Origin: Dimorphilus gyrociliatus
Lineage: Eukaryota; Animalia; Annelida
NCBI GenBank assembly: GCA_904063045.1
Contig: CAJFCJ010000005.1
Coordinates: forward strand, 883,988 to 947,987
Length of the DNA stretch: 64,000 bases
Direction of reading: 5' to 3'
Numbering within the stretch: position 1 is the stretch's first letter; the number at the start of each line of letters is the position of its first letter. Shown one piece after another: positions 33,679-46,594 of this stretch. A model generated the notes under the pieces. The model was not told where the DNA came from, did not search any database, and worked only from the letters and a program-made list of their open reading frames with translations. Position numbers and translations under genes: made by a program.

Positions 33679-35631
33679 ATGATTTCTTCTTACGCCAAGA
33701 TTATAACAATCATCCTTCTTATAGTAGAAACTGAAAGTTTATTCTTCGGAGGAGATACTAAAACCACAAAAAGACCGTATTATCAGCCACTTCTGTCCAG
33801 AGAATGTCCCTTATGGAGAAACACTTGTAACGCTTACAGAAATAGATGCAAATGTCCAAGAGCCGGCTGTGAGAAGTTCCCAATTGAAATCATAAAAAAC
33901 AAGGGAAATATTACTAATATTGATCTTACACTGAATAGGATATCAATGATACCAAGTTTGGCTGCTTTTCCAAAGTTGCAAATCTTACGGTTGAACGATA
34001 ATGTAATATCGAAAATTGTATCTGGAGCTTTCAATGAAAATAAAAACCTGCGCGAACTCTATTTGAAAAATAACAAATTGGAAGAATTAAATCGTAAAAA
34101 TTTTGCTTTCTTTTACAATTAAACATGAATTTTAATAATCAAATTGATTATTCATTTTTTAGCCAAACTATTTAGATATATTAGCGATCTAAAAATCCTC
34201 AATCTTGAAGGCAACAAATTGAAAAGTTTGAAGAAAGAAAACTTTCATTTTGCATATATATCAAGATTAGAAGAACTATATCTTGCAGATAATGATATTA
34301 CTGATATAGGAGAGGATGCGTTCACCGATCTTCCTCATCTAAGGTAGGAAAGAAAATTGATATTTGCCATATTAATTACCCTGCTAACAACTACAGAGAA
34401 CTAGATTTATCCGGAAATGCATTGCAAACAATAAATAAAGATTATTTTATTGGTTTGTCAAACTTGAAATATCTATATCTAAGAAATTGCAGTATACAAC
34501 ATTTAAATAACAAACCATTCGAAAGTAAAAAATTCAACTTGATTCATCTATTTCTTAAGTTAAAAGGATAATAAAAAACTTTCAGATTTGTATAATTTGA
34601 AAAAACTGGTGTTAAGCGAGAATAACGTACAACGAATTAGGCCAAACAGCTTTCATGGCTTAGATGATCTACAAATTCTTGTATTCAATAAAAATCCAAT
34701 TCAGATACTTCAGGAAGGTGTCTTTGGTCGATTAAGATCTCTTCTTACACTTTTCCTAGAAGATCTTGATATCCAGGAAATTTCGGAAAGATTCCTAAAA
34801 GGACCAACTGAAAAGGTTTTATTTTTATGATTTCTTTGTTTTATATCTCCATTTCATATACTTTTTCCCGTATAGTCGTTACAGGCGCTATCCCTCAATT
34901 ACAATCAAGATTTAAAGATCATCAAGAATTTTACTCTATCTCATTTGGATAATGTTGAAATTACAATTTCTCGAACTTTCTTCCTCTCTAAAATTGAAAG
35001 TGGCGCATTTGGTCTAAAGCAAGATTTCAGTCAAAGTAATATAACAAAATTGAGCCTAAATGATAACTCTCTATCAATTATTTCGGTTTGAACAATTTAT
35101 TTAATCATTATCTTTTGTTGAAGAGAAATTTTTATCTTCCTATCTTTCACTTAGGAAAATCTAGTGGATTGGCAAACCTTACGTCGTTTAGATTTAAGTA
35201 ATAATCCATGGAATTGCGATTGCAGGTTGAAATTTTTAAGGGATGTCGTAATGGAACGATCTGAAATACATTCTGTAATGTAAGTTTTTAAGCCTATGTC
35301 TGTTTAAAAGATGCTTTTGAAATAAACGAATTTCATGTGAGTTTTTTTGTAAACAAGATGCGATATTCCACTTCAATCAAGAGGATTGTCTATGGACGAA
35401 ATGGATTCAAGCGAATTTACCTGCTCTCATCATACAATGAGGAAGAGAATGAAAGGAATTCTAATTATTAGCGTTACAGTCGGATTCATATTCTTTTCGA
35501 TATGCCTATTCTGGAGGAAGAGAGAAACGCTTCTTGGATGTTGTTTCGGGAGGAAGAAGCAAGGTTATACTAGAGTAACATTAAATGGAATATCTAAGAA
35601 AGAGGAGCTAGTCGAACCGGTAAACGTTTAA
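33679..35631 (+). CDS. Type I transmembrane leucine-rich-repeat protein (about 14 LRRs, LRRCT, TM, short tail; Tartan/Capricious-like architecture), 520 aa
   Basis: Exons 33679-34093, 34163-34343, 34397-34524, 34586-34815, 34876-35085, 35155-35279, 35358-35631 total 1563 nt in frame. It has a signal peptide, a Cys cap, LxxLxLxxNxL repeats, NNPWNCDC...C...C, and TM GILIISVTVGFIFFSICLFW. No TIR, Ig or FN3 domain is present. Confidence 0.9.
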
Positions 35632-37181
35632 AATGGTAATCATAATAAAAATAAATTTAATATAACAAGTAATAACTCTGTTAGAATTATTGAATGAAAG
35701 GGTTTTTCTGTGATTAATGAAATGCTTATTTACTTATTTACTACTTTTCTTACAGAAAGAAAGGTAGGAATAGATGTCAATCTCATATTTAATAAAATTC
35801 TTTAATGAAAAATCTATCTTGTAGACTTTATCATTTAGTTTAGAGATTTTAATACAATCTAGTAAATATACTTGTACGTTGAAATGAATAGTAAGTTGTT
35901 AAATAGGGAATTGGAAGAGATGACTTGGGAATTTTTTTCTATCTTATATAGAACTTGTAAAAGTTTTATAAAACAATTCTTTACCAATCTGACAGATCTG
36001 GTCCGTTATTAGATTACTTTGGTTCTGTCAATGAGAATAGTCCTTAGATTTTCCATTAGCTTTTCTTTTTTTTAAAAAAAAAACACTTTTCTTTCTTTTT
36101 TTTTTTTAACCAAAAACCTTTCTTTAGGGGAAGAAATCGCTTGATTCACTTTATTTAGCTAAAAGGATGCCGTCTATTATTAAGATAAAAAGTCAATTTT
36201 AATTGACGAATTGAAGAAGATATTTCTCAAATTAATAAAATATTATCTACTATAATCTTGTAAAATAAGACATAAAAGGAGCGTTAGAACGCTTACAATT
36301 GATACAGTATGGTAAAAAAAAGAAAAAGAAAATATAACACTATCGGAAGAAGACAGACGTCAGCAGCAAATACGACTAGTCACTTTTGTCAAGCTTTATT
36401 TCCAAAAAGCGTCACATATCAGAATTTCCGCTTAAGATTTCACGTTTTTACTTTATTCTTTTATTTTTTTTAAATACATCTAAATCGGTCTTTTATTTCG
36501 GTTCTAATCCTTTAGAGTATTTTCCTCCGTTACTATGACGATGTATCCGGCTTTTGAATTTATTTTGAATTGATAAATTTTTCTTCTCTATAATCATTTT
36601 TAATAAAGATTTTGTATAGTAAATTTTTTTCTTTTATTTGTATTATTTTTTTTTTTAAGAAAAAAAAATAAAGCAATTTAGAAATTCAATGAGCGTTGTA
36701 AGTTTTTCTAGTATTACCTTTAAAATAAAGGTATTTATTCCCACGCTATTATTCTTTTACGAAGAGAATTATAGGTATATTGTATTTGTACATGCGTACG
36801 AGTATTATTGTCTGTTTTCAATAATAGGACTAACGTAATTAGTTAGAAAGGTTTAAGTAAGAAAGCTGAGCAAAATTTCTTTATAAGTAAAAATCTTGAA
36901 TATATCTTTTAAGATATAAATTCTTGAAAGATGATTGTTTTATCCCTGGAAAGAGTTAACTCTCTTCTTCGATTATCAGATAGAGTTTGTTTTTTTTTAT
37001 CACATATGGACTTTTTCTTCACTCTATTACCGTTCTCTTACTCTTTAATGCATTAAATTTTGTATAGGGGAAGAGAAAAGAGAGAGAAAGAGGTAAGAGA
37101 GATATTTGTAAATCCAGTAAAAAAAAACTCATACAGTAAGTAGGCTTAATTAGTGCTTTCTTGCTTATTTCTTGTTTAATC

Positions 37182-38216
37182 CTATACAGGGCTGTCATCT
37201 AATTGAAATAGTAATTTCTTTAAAGATTTAGCTTCAATCTCGAATTGATCCAGTTTTTGTAAGATATTTGTCAAAGATTTATTAGTCTTTGAATTTTTAT
37301 GGAATAGTAAATTCTTGAAGAACATGTCGTTGAAACGTTTCATATTAGTTTTTGCATTACTTCCAATACATCTGCTCCCAAGGCAATTAATATTATAGTC
37401 ACATTCTCCATCGTCGTTACAAGCCGGTTCATCAACCGTAAAATCATCTAAATCTGTTAATTTGATATGACTATCCTTAAGCAAAAAATGAGAATCTTTA
37501 AAATCGCTTATCCTAAGAGATCCCATAGCTGAGTTTTGTAAATAATCAAGAAAATCCGCAAGACTATATGCGGTTGTTAACCTTAATTTCCATGGCCAAT
37601 TTCGGATTGTTGATATATAGAAGCGAAGGGCATACTCGTAAACAGCAACCACTCCATGTTCGCTAAGTGACGTTGCTTCGGTTTCTTCACCTTTAACGCA
37701 GTATCCCACAAGTTTTAATAAATTCTTATGCGATAGTTGCTGGAGTAGTAATATTTCTTTCATTAATTTCATATTAGGAAAGGAGAAGCATCTATGTCTT
37801 TCCGAATGGCTTGCTGCGCCATTAGGTGAATTGAGAGCCGCCTTCTTGACACAAGTTTTAACATCTTTAACATTTCTTGTAACCATTTTAACGGCAATTT
37901 TCTCTTCAAGATACGAACCTAGGAAGACTTGTTTCGTTACGCCATGACCAATTTTCCTCTCAATTCTAATTTTTGGAATATTGGAGCAATTAAATTTATA
38001 TCGACTAATCGTTGGAAATGATTCTATATCATTAGCATGCTTTAATATAGATTGTTTTTTCTCAATTTTTGGCGTATAGTCTTCAACACTATCGTAAAGT
38101 CCATCTACTTTCGAGCAATCGTCGTTATATGACGCAAAATTGATGACTATGTGCCCCAAAAGAAGAGTAAAAAGGATTAAAAAAGACGCCATTTTCCAAT
38201 TATATTGTGATTTCAT
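37182..38216 (-). CDS. PKDCC: Extracellular (secretory-pathway) tyrosine kinase PKDCC/VLK homologue, 344 aa, intronless CDS
   Basis: N-terminal hydrophobic signal/anchor; IGHGVTKQV Gly-loop; IAVK; KLMKEILLLQQLSHKNLLKLVGYC; SAMGSLRISDFKDSHF; IKLTDLDD; Cys-rich EPAC...C...C...C. These correspond to the diagnostic PKDCC motifs (KEMVLL..L.HPNVL.LYGYC, SPLGS..LLDFRPRQF, LKVTDLDD). Confidence 0.92.
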   Translation of the reverse strand: MKSQYNWKMASFLILFTLLLGHIVINFASYNDDCSKVDGLYDSVEDYTPKIEKKQSILKHANDIESFPTISRYKFNCSNIPKIRIERKIGHGVTKQVFLGSYLEEKIAVKMVTRNVKDVKTCVKKAALNSPNGAASHSERHRCFSFPNMKLMKEILLLQQLSHKNLLKLVGYCVKGEETEATSLSEHGVVAVYEYALRFYISTIRNWPWKLRLTTAYSLADFLDYLQNSAMGSLRISDFKDSHFLLKDSHIKLTDLDDFTVDEPACNDDGECDYNINCLGSRCIGSNAKTNMKRFNDMFFKNLLFHKNSKTNKSLTNILQKLDQFEIEAKSLKKLLFQLDDSPV

Positions 38217-38463
38217 GTTGCTGGAAATACTGCAATAAGCAATAATTACTGCCTAATTGATAATTAATATGGCTATATTATTAGAAAAGTGTACCGAAAC
38301 CGCTAGTCGTTAATTACTAAAGGGTAGACTAGAAGAATGCTCAAATCTTTCTCTATCAATCACTTCTTACATCTTTTTTCTCGCCGAGTTATTAAAAAAA
38401 TATCTTAATAAATTTTTCAGCGTCTAATGGGATTGCCGGAAGAGCGTAACGCTTTACAACCAA

Positions 38464-38477
38464 TGCAGACGGCGCTC
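38464..38477. promoter_or_regulatory. CTCF-like variant TGCAGACGGCGCTC, about 250 bp upstream of the PKDCC ATG
   Basis: AGAYGGCGC core on the promoter side of PKDCC. Confidence 0.35.
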
Positions 38478-39555
38478 GAACATTAGCCCCGCAATTTAAA
38501 AAAATCTAGTTGGCTATTCTATCGTTGGCCGTGAAAGAATAAATAATCATTCCGCTTTTTAAGTAATATAAATAATATTTGGGTGAACTTGAACGTTCTT
38601 GCAAAAAAAAAAAAAGAAAAAGAGAGCAAGAACAAGATTAGAGGTCAACTAGAAGCGTTTGTCTGAATAGCAAATCAGGGAAAGGGGATAACAATAGGTC
38701 AAGATAAAAAAAATGTCGGAATAAACATTAAGAATTTAAGCTGGTTAAGCATGGTAACCAAATTTGGGTATAAAAAAAAGCTGTTATAGGACGATTTGAA
38801 AGCATTACAAGGGATTAATAGGATAAAGTAAAGTTAAAAAAAATTGGCAAACACCTAATACTTTATAAATATTGGTAGATAGTGTATATAGATATACATG
38901 TATATACTGTATAATATGTATTTAGGAGCTTTATTCTGTACAATATATGGATTTTATAGGGTATAAAATAACATGTGATACGTGTGTATCGACATATATA
39001 CATTATGTATTATACTGTATATATACTTATTTAAATCTATTGAAAATATATATATATATATACATACAAACAAAGCAGGTGTCTAAGAGAAGTAAGCAAT
39101 TCAACAAGTATTAGTTGGACTAATAAAGCAGCTGCGTGATAGGCTAAGAAGCTATGGAATGAGTCAAATTAGAACAATCAATGACGATTGACTTTCAGAG
39201 ATCGTATTATACTGTTGAACTGTTCCAAAAAGGATAGGATAAATATCGTATACTGGTTTTGTATATAATTTGCTTCTACCTTTTCGTTAGCTAATCTTCG
39301 CTTTATTTACATACTTAAGAAAGCTTTTCTGCTGATGTTTATGATAGATGTTAAGTAAGCTGTAAGAACTTAAATATAAAACAAAGAGTAAAAAATGGGA
39401 GAGAGGGGGTAGACATTACAGAAAGAATCGTGGAAAATACTTCAAGCGGAAGATACTTACGTTCAAATATAAAAATTATGTGAGTTGTTGTGTAAAAGTT
39501 GATTGGGAGAAAATCAAAGTTAACTTGCTTCGAGCTAAACTGAAAGCGAAATGAG

Positions 39556-39593
<38 letters not shown>

Positions 39594-42500
39594 AACTTGA
39601 TGCGCTTCTCGTAGCTGACAGCCAATGACCGAGCTTGAGCGCATTAACAGGAAATGTAGTCATGTTTTATTCATGCTTAAATTCCTTTAACAAAATCTCA
39701 TTTTAAACGCTTTGTTAAATTTCGTAGGCAAAACAGTTAGCATATACTTTTTACTTCCGTAATTCTGTCGACTTCTAACTACGCTTGGGGATGGAATTTA
39801 TGCAAGACTAAACAACAACAAGAGAAACAGAGAAATAACGAGAGACTTACATCTATTTAAATATTTAATAAATACAATAAAATGAAAATTATAAACTTTT
39901 ACAATCTTTCATAAGCCTATACTATAAATATTTAATTCATAACCATAATTTTCGTTCAAGTTTCTCTTTGTCAAAGTGTAATTTAAATGGTAAAACGCTG
40001 CTGATTCTATTTTATCATTACCGATTGAAGAGGAAGAAGAAGAAGAAGAAGAGGAAAACGTTGATTTCTTTGTAAATCTATTCTCGTTTGTAGGGTAAAT
40101 ATACTTTAGAAATTAATTATTTAAAATGTAATATTTACAATATAAAAGAATAGAAGTAATAGAAACCTTCAGTTTCAAGCTAATAGTATATTTATAATAT
40201 ACAAAAAACGTCAGAGTATATTAATAGCTATGTATCATTTTCAATGCTAACATCTTTAAGAAGCGAAAGTTATAATACTTTGAATCAATCCGATACGATT
40301 GGAAATCTAAAACTATATCATACTGAAGTTAGCATGTATTTCTTATATTCTAACAGAAATGTAAAACTAACTAACTATTCATACGTACTTTAATATACAT
40401 TTACCTTAAAAATAACCAATTAATTAAACGAAAATATATCAATTTATCAAATTGATTGATATACAATATACTGTATATTGAAGTTGTTTTTTTTTTTTAA
40501 AAAAAAATTAACATAATTATTCTATTTATCGATTTAATTACGTTGTAAATTTCTTTTTCTCTTCAAACTAATCAACCAATTGAAAACCGAAAAAAGAAAC
40601 ATAGTTTTCCTCTTCTCTTTCCACCCCCTCCCCGCCCCCTCTCCCTATCCACATCCACTTTTATTCTTTAACTTTTAAGTGAGTACAATAGCATTTCAAT
40701 CGAATTAGCCAAAAAAAAACAACAAAATATAGTATAAAACAAAATAAACAATACTTTATCTAATTGTTCGCTCTCTTAACTATTCCCAAGCCGAAAAAGT
40801 TAGCCTATAAAGTAATAGGCTTACAGTGAAAAAAATATATCTATATACTATTTCATGAACGAGGTATTTGCATCATGTTATAAAGAAGGTTATAGTCGTC
40901 CGAAAAAAAAGAGCTTTTAGTTTTTTATGCTATGCTATAGTGTTATGTTAATGAGTAATGCAGAGATCTAACAGCAATATAATAGACTGAAAGACAAGTG
41001 GTATTTTTTAAGTAAAGTTAATCATTTTAAATAATTTTAACTCTTTTATTCTATGGGGGAGAATATTTGCTGTTTCTCTCTCTCTCCATATATATATATA
41101 TATATATATGTACAGTGTAAAAATTTATTTTCTATAGTACGACTATATCTCGAAGAATAGATAAAGGATTTAAAAAGCACTTAAGAAGGAAAAAGTCATA
41201 AGTATTTTTCCATCATCCGAATGCTTTAATTACTATTTCTTTTTTTCCTTTGGGATTTTTATTAATAATTTAGGTAGAAGCTATTGTTTTCTTTTTTTTT
41301 TACTACTCTATCAAGTACGATATACCTTCTTAGACCATATTCGGTTGGTTATTATAAAATATTCAAAATTTTTAATATTTCATAGTAAATTATCGTTTTC
41401 TTTTTGGGATGCTCAAAATTACTTTCTTAATAGCAGCAATTTGTTATATGTATATATATATATATATATAATTTATAAAGAGCGAGAGAGAGAGAGAGAG
41501 GATACGAAGAAAAATACCAAGTATCATATTTTTTCAGTTCTTCTTAGTTTCTTCCTCAAAGAAGAGAGCTTACTAACTGTTCATCATTAAATACGGAAGT
41601 ATCTCAAAAGCCAGAATAAAAAAAAAGGGAAAAAAAAAGTTAATATTTTAAGTATTTTCTTTTTTATTACAAATTACATATCATTCATGAAATGCTCATT
41701 TGTTTATTAGGTTTTTATTATCCCTGTTTATTGTGTGTTAACGACTAAATTATTAATTATTTTATTTAATTTTCTTCTCATATGCCTATTAAATGTGAGA
41801 GAAAATTACATCTTTGATACACATATTGTTAACTTTACGACATTTGCTACATGTTTTAATCATCAATTTAAATATCATGAGGTAGGAATAGGACAATAAA
41901 TGTAATTGTAATGATATATACGCTACTGAGTTAGAGCGACAGAAAGTTACTTTCTATGATATATACTGTCTATACCGTATATATATATATATACTGTATA
42001 TACGGTATATATCTTTCTCTCTCCCTCCCTCTCTGATATACTGTATAGAAAATCAACATTATATACATGATTTACTAACAAATCTGGATAGATGTATAGA
42101 TATAACTTCATTTCCGTCACCATCTTATGCATTTGTATACTTATGTAAATAAATGTAAACAACATAATAGTACATCACGTAGTACCCATAGCACCTGCTA
42201 TCTTAGACTGATGACATACGTGATAGTCAACGCGACATAGTGTTAAATCAACATTTTATCATTGCAAATATTGCAAACTATTAATTAATAATAAAGCATT
42301 TAACAGCATTATAGTTAACTCAAATAGTATTGTACTTTCAAATAATAAAAGAAAATATTTATCTTCCTACCTCTCTTTCGCTTAGTTTATACCTTCTGTC
42401 TCTTGCTATCTCTGCCTCTCTGCCTCTCTCTCTCTCTCTCTCTCTCTCTTTCATTCACTCACCCATACTCTTTCAATAATATAGAATAGATTTTTTATTG

Positions 42501-45500
42501 ATTCTCTTACATTATTTGAAAATATGCAAATAAGGTTTCATTTTAATAGAAACTCTTCAAACAAATAAGAACTGAAGGACAAGACAAGAGATTCAATGTA
42601 AAGTTGTATAGATGAAAAACAAGAGAAACAAGGAGAAATTGATGATTTAATCGTATGTTATATATCGAGTTTTTCTATGCGTATAGTTAATTAAATATAG
42701 GCCTTTTTTGTAAATGTAAATTGTCCTCGATTTTTGGAAATAACGTAAGAGTAATAAAAGTAATAGTATAATAAAAGCTAATTGTTATAAGGACAAGAGG
42801 AAAATATAGTCTCTAATGATGCAATAAAGGAAATGAGAACATATAATAAAGCAAAGTGACGTTCCACCGTCTCCAGCGTGCGTACAATGAACAAACTAAT
42901 CTAGTTTGCCAGCATCAAATTATTATAAAGTTGACATATCTGCTTACGACCGGGTGCTAAAATTTTTTATGGACTTAATATTTCTACAGTATTCGCATAC
43001 CTATGTCAAATCAAGCAAAAACTTTTACAGCTCTCATGAATAATAATGAGATATAAAATTGTCATAGGCAAAGAACTATTTCGGAAAAACTGCAACTGAC
43101 TGCAAAAAAAAAAAAAAAAGAAAAACTGTTATTTCTTAGAAATAGCTTTTTCGTCTTTAAGAGTTTATTTAGTTGATTGAATTAAAAATCATCCGTCATT
43201 AGATTTAACTATTTTTTCTCTTAATTAATTACCTCACTGTAAATTTACTTGCTTTATTATTCTTTATACATTTTGTAACATCATCTATCTTTATCTAAAC
43301 AAAGGTGGCAAAGATTTGATAAAGAATGAATCAAGTTTTTCCCGGTCTAGTTCTATAATTTCTTTTACTGCTTTTATGATATAATACAAATAATTCCAGT
43401 TTCTATTCAAAGTGAATAAATCTTTTTCTGTATAGTTTAATCTCTTTGTGAGCGTCTTTTTTCTCCCCGCAAGATGGAGAAAGAAGATAATGAATAGAAT
43501 AGGAAGAGAGAAAGAGCTTAAGCCTAGAAGTAAAATTTATGATAAATATCTAAATATTTGTTCTGCGAAATATACAGTAAATGTACCGTACTTAGACACT
43601 TATACCAGTTTTGGGTATATATTCAACGTGGGTGTAGAGGCCTCGTTACTTAAGAAAATATCAGAAAGGGTTCATTTGTGAGTTAATTTACTATTTCACG
43701 AAGAAGGAAAGGGAATAAATTGAATTGTAGACAAAAATCCGGTTTTTATTATACCAGTAAGGAAATAATGAAGTTAACAGAAACGTGCCTCGCGATACTA
43801 TTTCCACATATAATAAAAAGATTGTTATTTATTTTCATCCATTTTCTATGACTTCTTCCAGTTCTTATCTATGATTTTCTAAGCTCTCGTTCTTTAAATT
43901 GATATATCCTGAAACTGAGAGTCATATTAAAAGGAATCACTTTTCCTCTTTGATAACAGCTCCCGTTTATTCGTTGGAATTCTATACTTAATTAGAATTA
44001 TCGTCTAAAAAACTCTCTTCTATCTATACTTTATATCTTCCTTATTCCCTATCAGTTTGTCCCAAGCTACCTAAAGTACTTTAAATTCACCCATCGCCTC
44101 CATAGCAATCTTTTATATATCGCACATACTGGGAGAATAAATTCCTTGTCAAACTGAGGCGTTAAACGTAGTACGATTGTGAAAGGAAATGCGCTTTTTC
44201 GTCATATTACTCTGATAAACTGTAGATGGCGTATTATTGCTGTTTATTATGGATTTCAGAACGGTATGACATTTACAAATATTGTATATGGTATACAGTA
44301 TAGATGGAACTCATTGCTATAATTCAGAAAATAGCTGGAATAGTTAAAATTAAAGCATTATGCCTTTTCATCAAACAAAGCTTATTAATAAATGCTGTAG
44401 AAAATTTAAAGGTTCAATCTGGCCCATTTAGTCATTGTAGATAAGATATTTGCAATTCTTGTATTTTTACCTATTTCTTATCATTTATTGCTTAATAAAT
44501 AATTTTTTGGAGAGAGTACACATTCCTTTCGATTTTATTTCTATTTTTCAGCTAAAAAGTGATTAAAATGCTTATGTTTGGAAAACAAATTTGAATGGAA
44601 AATTCCGTCTCCTTGCCCTTGTTCCCTAAAATTGAATTGATTTCCAATGTAAAGTTATAATTTTAAAGAACCCTTTGAATTTTTTGTTTTTAAACTAGAA
44701 AAAAGTCCCTTAGTCAGCTAAAAAAAAAGAAGAAGGAGAATATTATTCGATTTAAATGTCGTTTCTTTTTGTTTGCAATAAAAGAATGAAGAAAAATGTG
44801 AAAGAAACGATTCGTAATACTTTTATAATTAGTTGAATAAAAAAAAGTGTGGAAAGAAAGATATGATAGAAGTTCTACATGACAGATTTTAAATATCTAC
44901 TGTGTATGTTTATTAGTATGCTGAAGCCCACTTACATTGCGTATATACTTTACATTAATAACTTTTCTTATTAGTCAAAGGTTAGTCATTTTGTTGAATT
45001 GAATTTGTAAAGGTACCGCCTAAGGTTAGAGGTTAGGTCGGAAAACACGGTTTTGACTAGACAGCGCCTCTCGTCCGACAGGAGAATTAGATATTTTTTG
45101 TTTTTGGGACGAGAAGGAAAATATTGAATGAATGGATCATCTAAAGCTGAGAAATTAGTTTTAACTGCTTTAATCTATATTTCTCAAAAAAAAAACAAAT
45201 ATTTCTCAGTGAATCACTTTCTTTGTCTTAATTTCCTGTTTTTCTTTATTTCCTGTCAATAATCTATTGAAGTGATGTTTCTTTTTCAATCGTTAACGAC
45301 TATCAGCGAAGGTGAAGGCAAAACTTCTTTTATATATTATGTTGGTGTCAGTAATTAAAACCTACCGGACAAGAAAGCTAAGGTCGATTTCTGAGAAAAG
45401 GTAGAGTAAGAGAGAGAATGAAGATAAAGAGTGAAAACTAAGAATAAGTTTTTCTGCTTCGTCCACAAAAAAAATATGACCTTGTAGTTTTTCGTCTTTC

Positions 45501-45957
45501 TTTCTAAAGGTGATTAGAGAATGAAGTGAAGTTAAAGTTTAATTCTAAATAAACGTTACTATAAACTATCTACTTAAAATCTGGCATGGTACTCTAATGA
45601 AATTCTCTATATTTAGTCGAGAAGAACAAGGACTCATTTTATACCAATCTTTCATTATCTATAGAAAATGTCAAAGGGTAACCGTTGTTCGTGAATATTA
45701 TGAATAATACATTAGATTAAAAGAAATATAGAATAATTATATGTAGGCTATTTTAATATCTTAATGGTTTGATAGACTAATTTCTTATCACTTTGAAAAA
45801 ATTTGAGGAAGTTATTAGTAATGTTATTTATTGAATTCGAATCATGAATGCAATAGCGATATACAAGTTTTAATTAAAAATAAGAATTATTAGTATTATT
45901 CCTATTTTCTTTGCCAAATTAAAAATCAATGTTAACTACCTGCTAACTTTACTTTGT

Positions 45958-46594
45958 TTAAAATTCTACAAGTGACACTCCACTTAGACCCAGAAGCAGA
46001 ATGAAATTCGTTACGCACAAACCAAAGCTTGCATGAAGATTTTTTCCAGAAAGCTGTCCAGCATAAATAGCAAAAGCTATCATTGTGCATATGGCTAGTA
46101 GGTAAAAAGGGTTTGTAAAGTATTAAGGCGATTAATGGAAATGCAAAGAAATTGTGATGATTTCAGCACTTCTCTTTTTGATTACCTGCTACGCCATAGG
46201 AAATGGCAAGGCCTATCTTCTTTCTTTGCTCTGATTGACTCGACAAAAGAGTTAAAAATGCGATGATCAGACCCAAAACTGCTATCAAGACTATCAGACC
46301 AATAAACATAAAGGCTATAACTGCTCTAATTGCGTCTATAGACAAGATATAAGACAAAGAAAATTGTCAAATAGAAACTTATTATAAAATTATTGAAAGA
46401 AAAAACTAACCTTTCTTGTATTCAACATCCCCACACACAGAGACTGAGCTTACGGTAGTACAAACTCTAAAGAGACCACTATATAAATATGGGGTCTTGG
46501 TCCAGTATGGTAAAGCCAAAGACAAAATATGCAAAAGAATTACAAGTGAGGTAGAGCCTAAGAGAACAACTTGTTTCAAAGGTACTTTCTGCAT
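45958..46594 (-). CDS. PMP22/EMP/claudin-superfamily four-TM protein, 156 aa, 3 coding exons
   Basis: Exons 46594-46411, 46335-46186 and 46094-45958 (phase-1 introns, 471 nt). ECL1 YWTKTPYLYSGLFRVCTTVSSVSVC matches the W...GL[WF]xxC-x8-C signature. There are four hydrophobic segments, and the protein ends ...FGLCVTNFILLLGLSGVSLVEF*. Confidence 0.88.

Noticed and set aside
39351-44000. Track ORFs at 39351-39644, 41345-41590, 41947-42165 and 43448-43681
   Set aside because: Microsatellite-driven or low-complexity translations with non-ATG starts and no supporting splice structure.
45021-45040. Telomere-like GGTTAGAGGTTAGG
   Set aside because: Only about two imperfect units; not a telomeric array.
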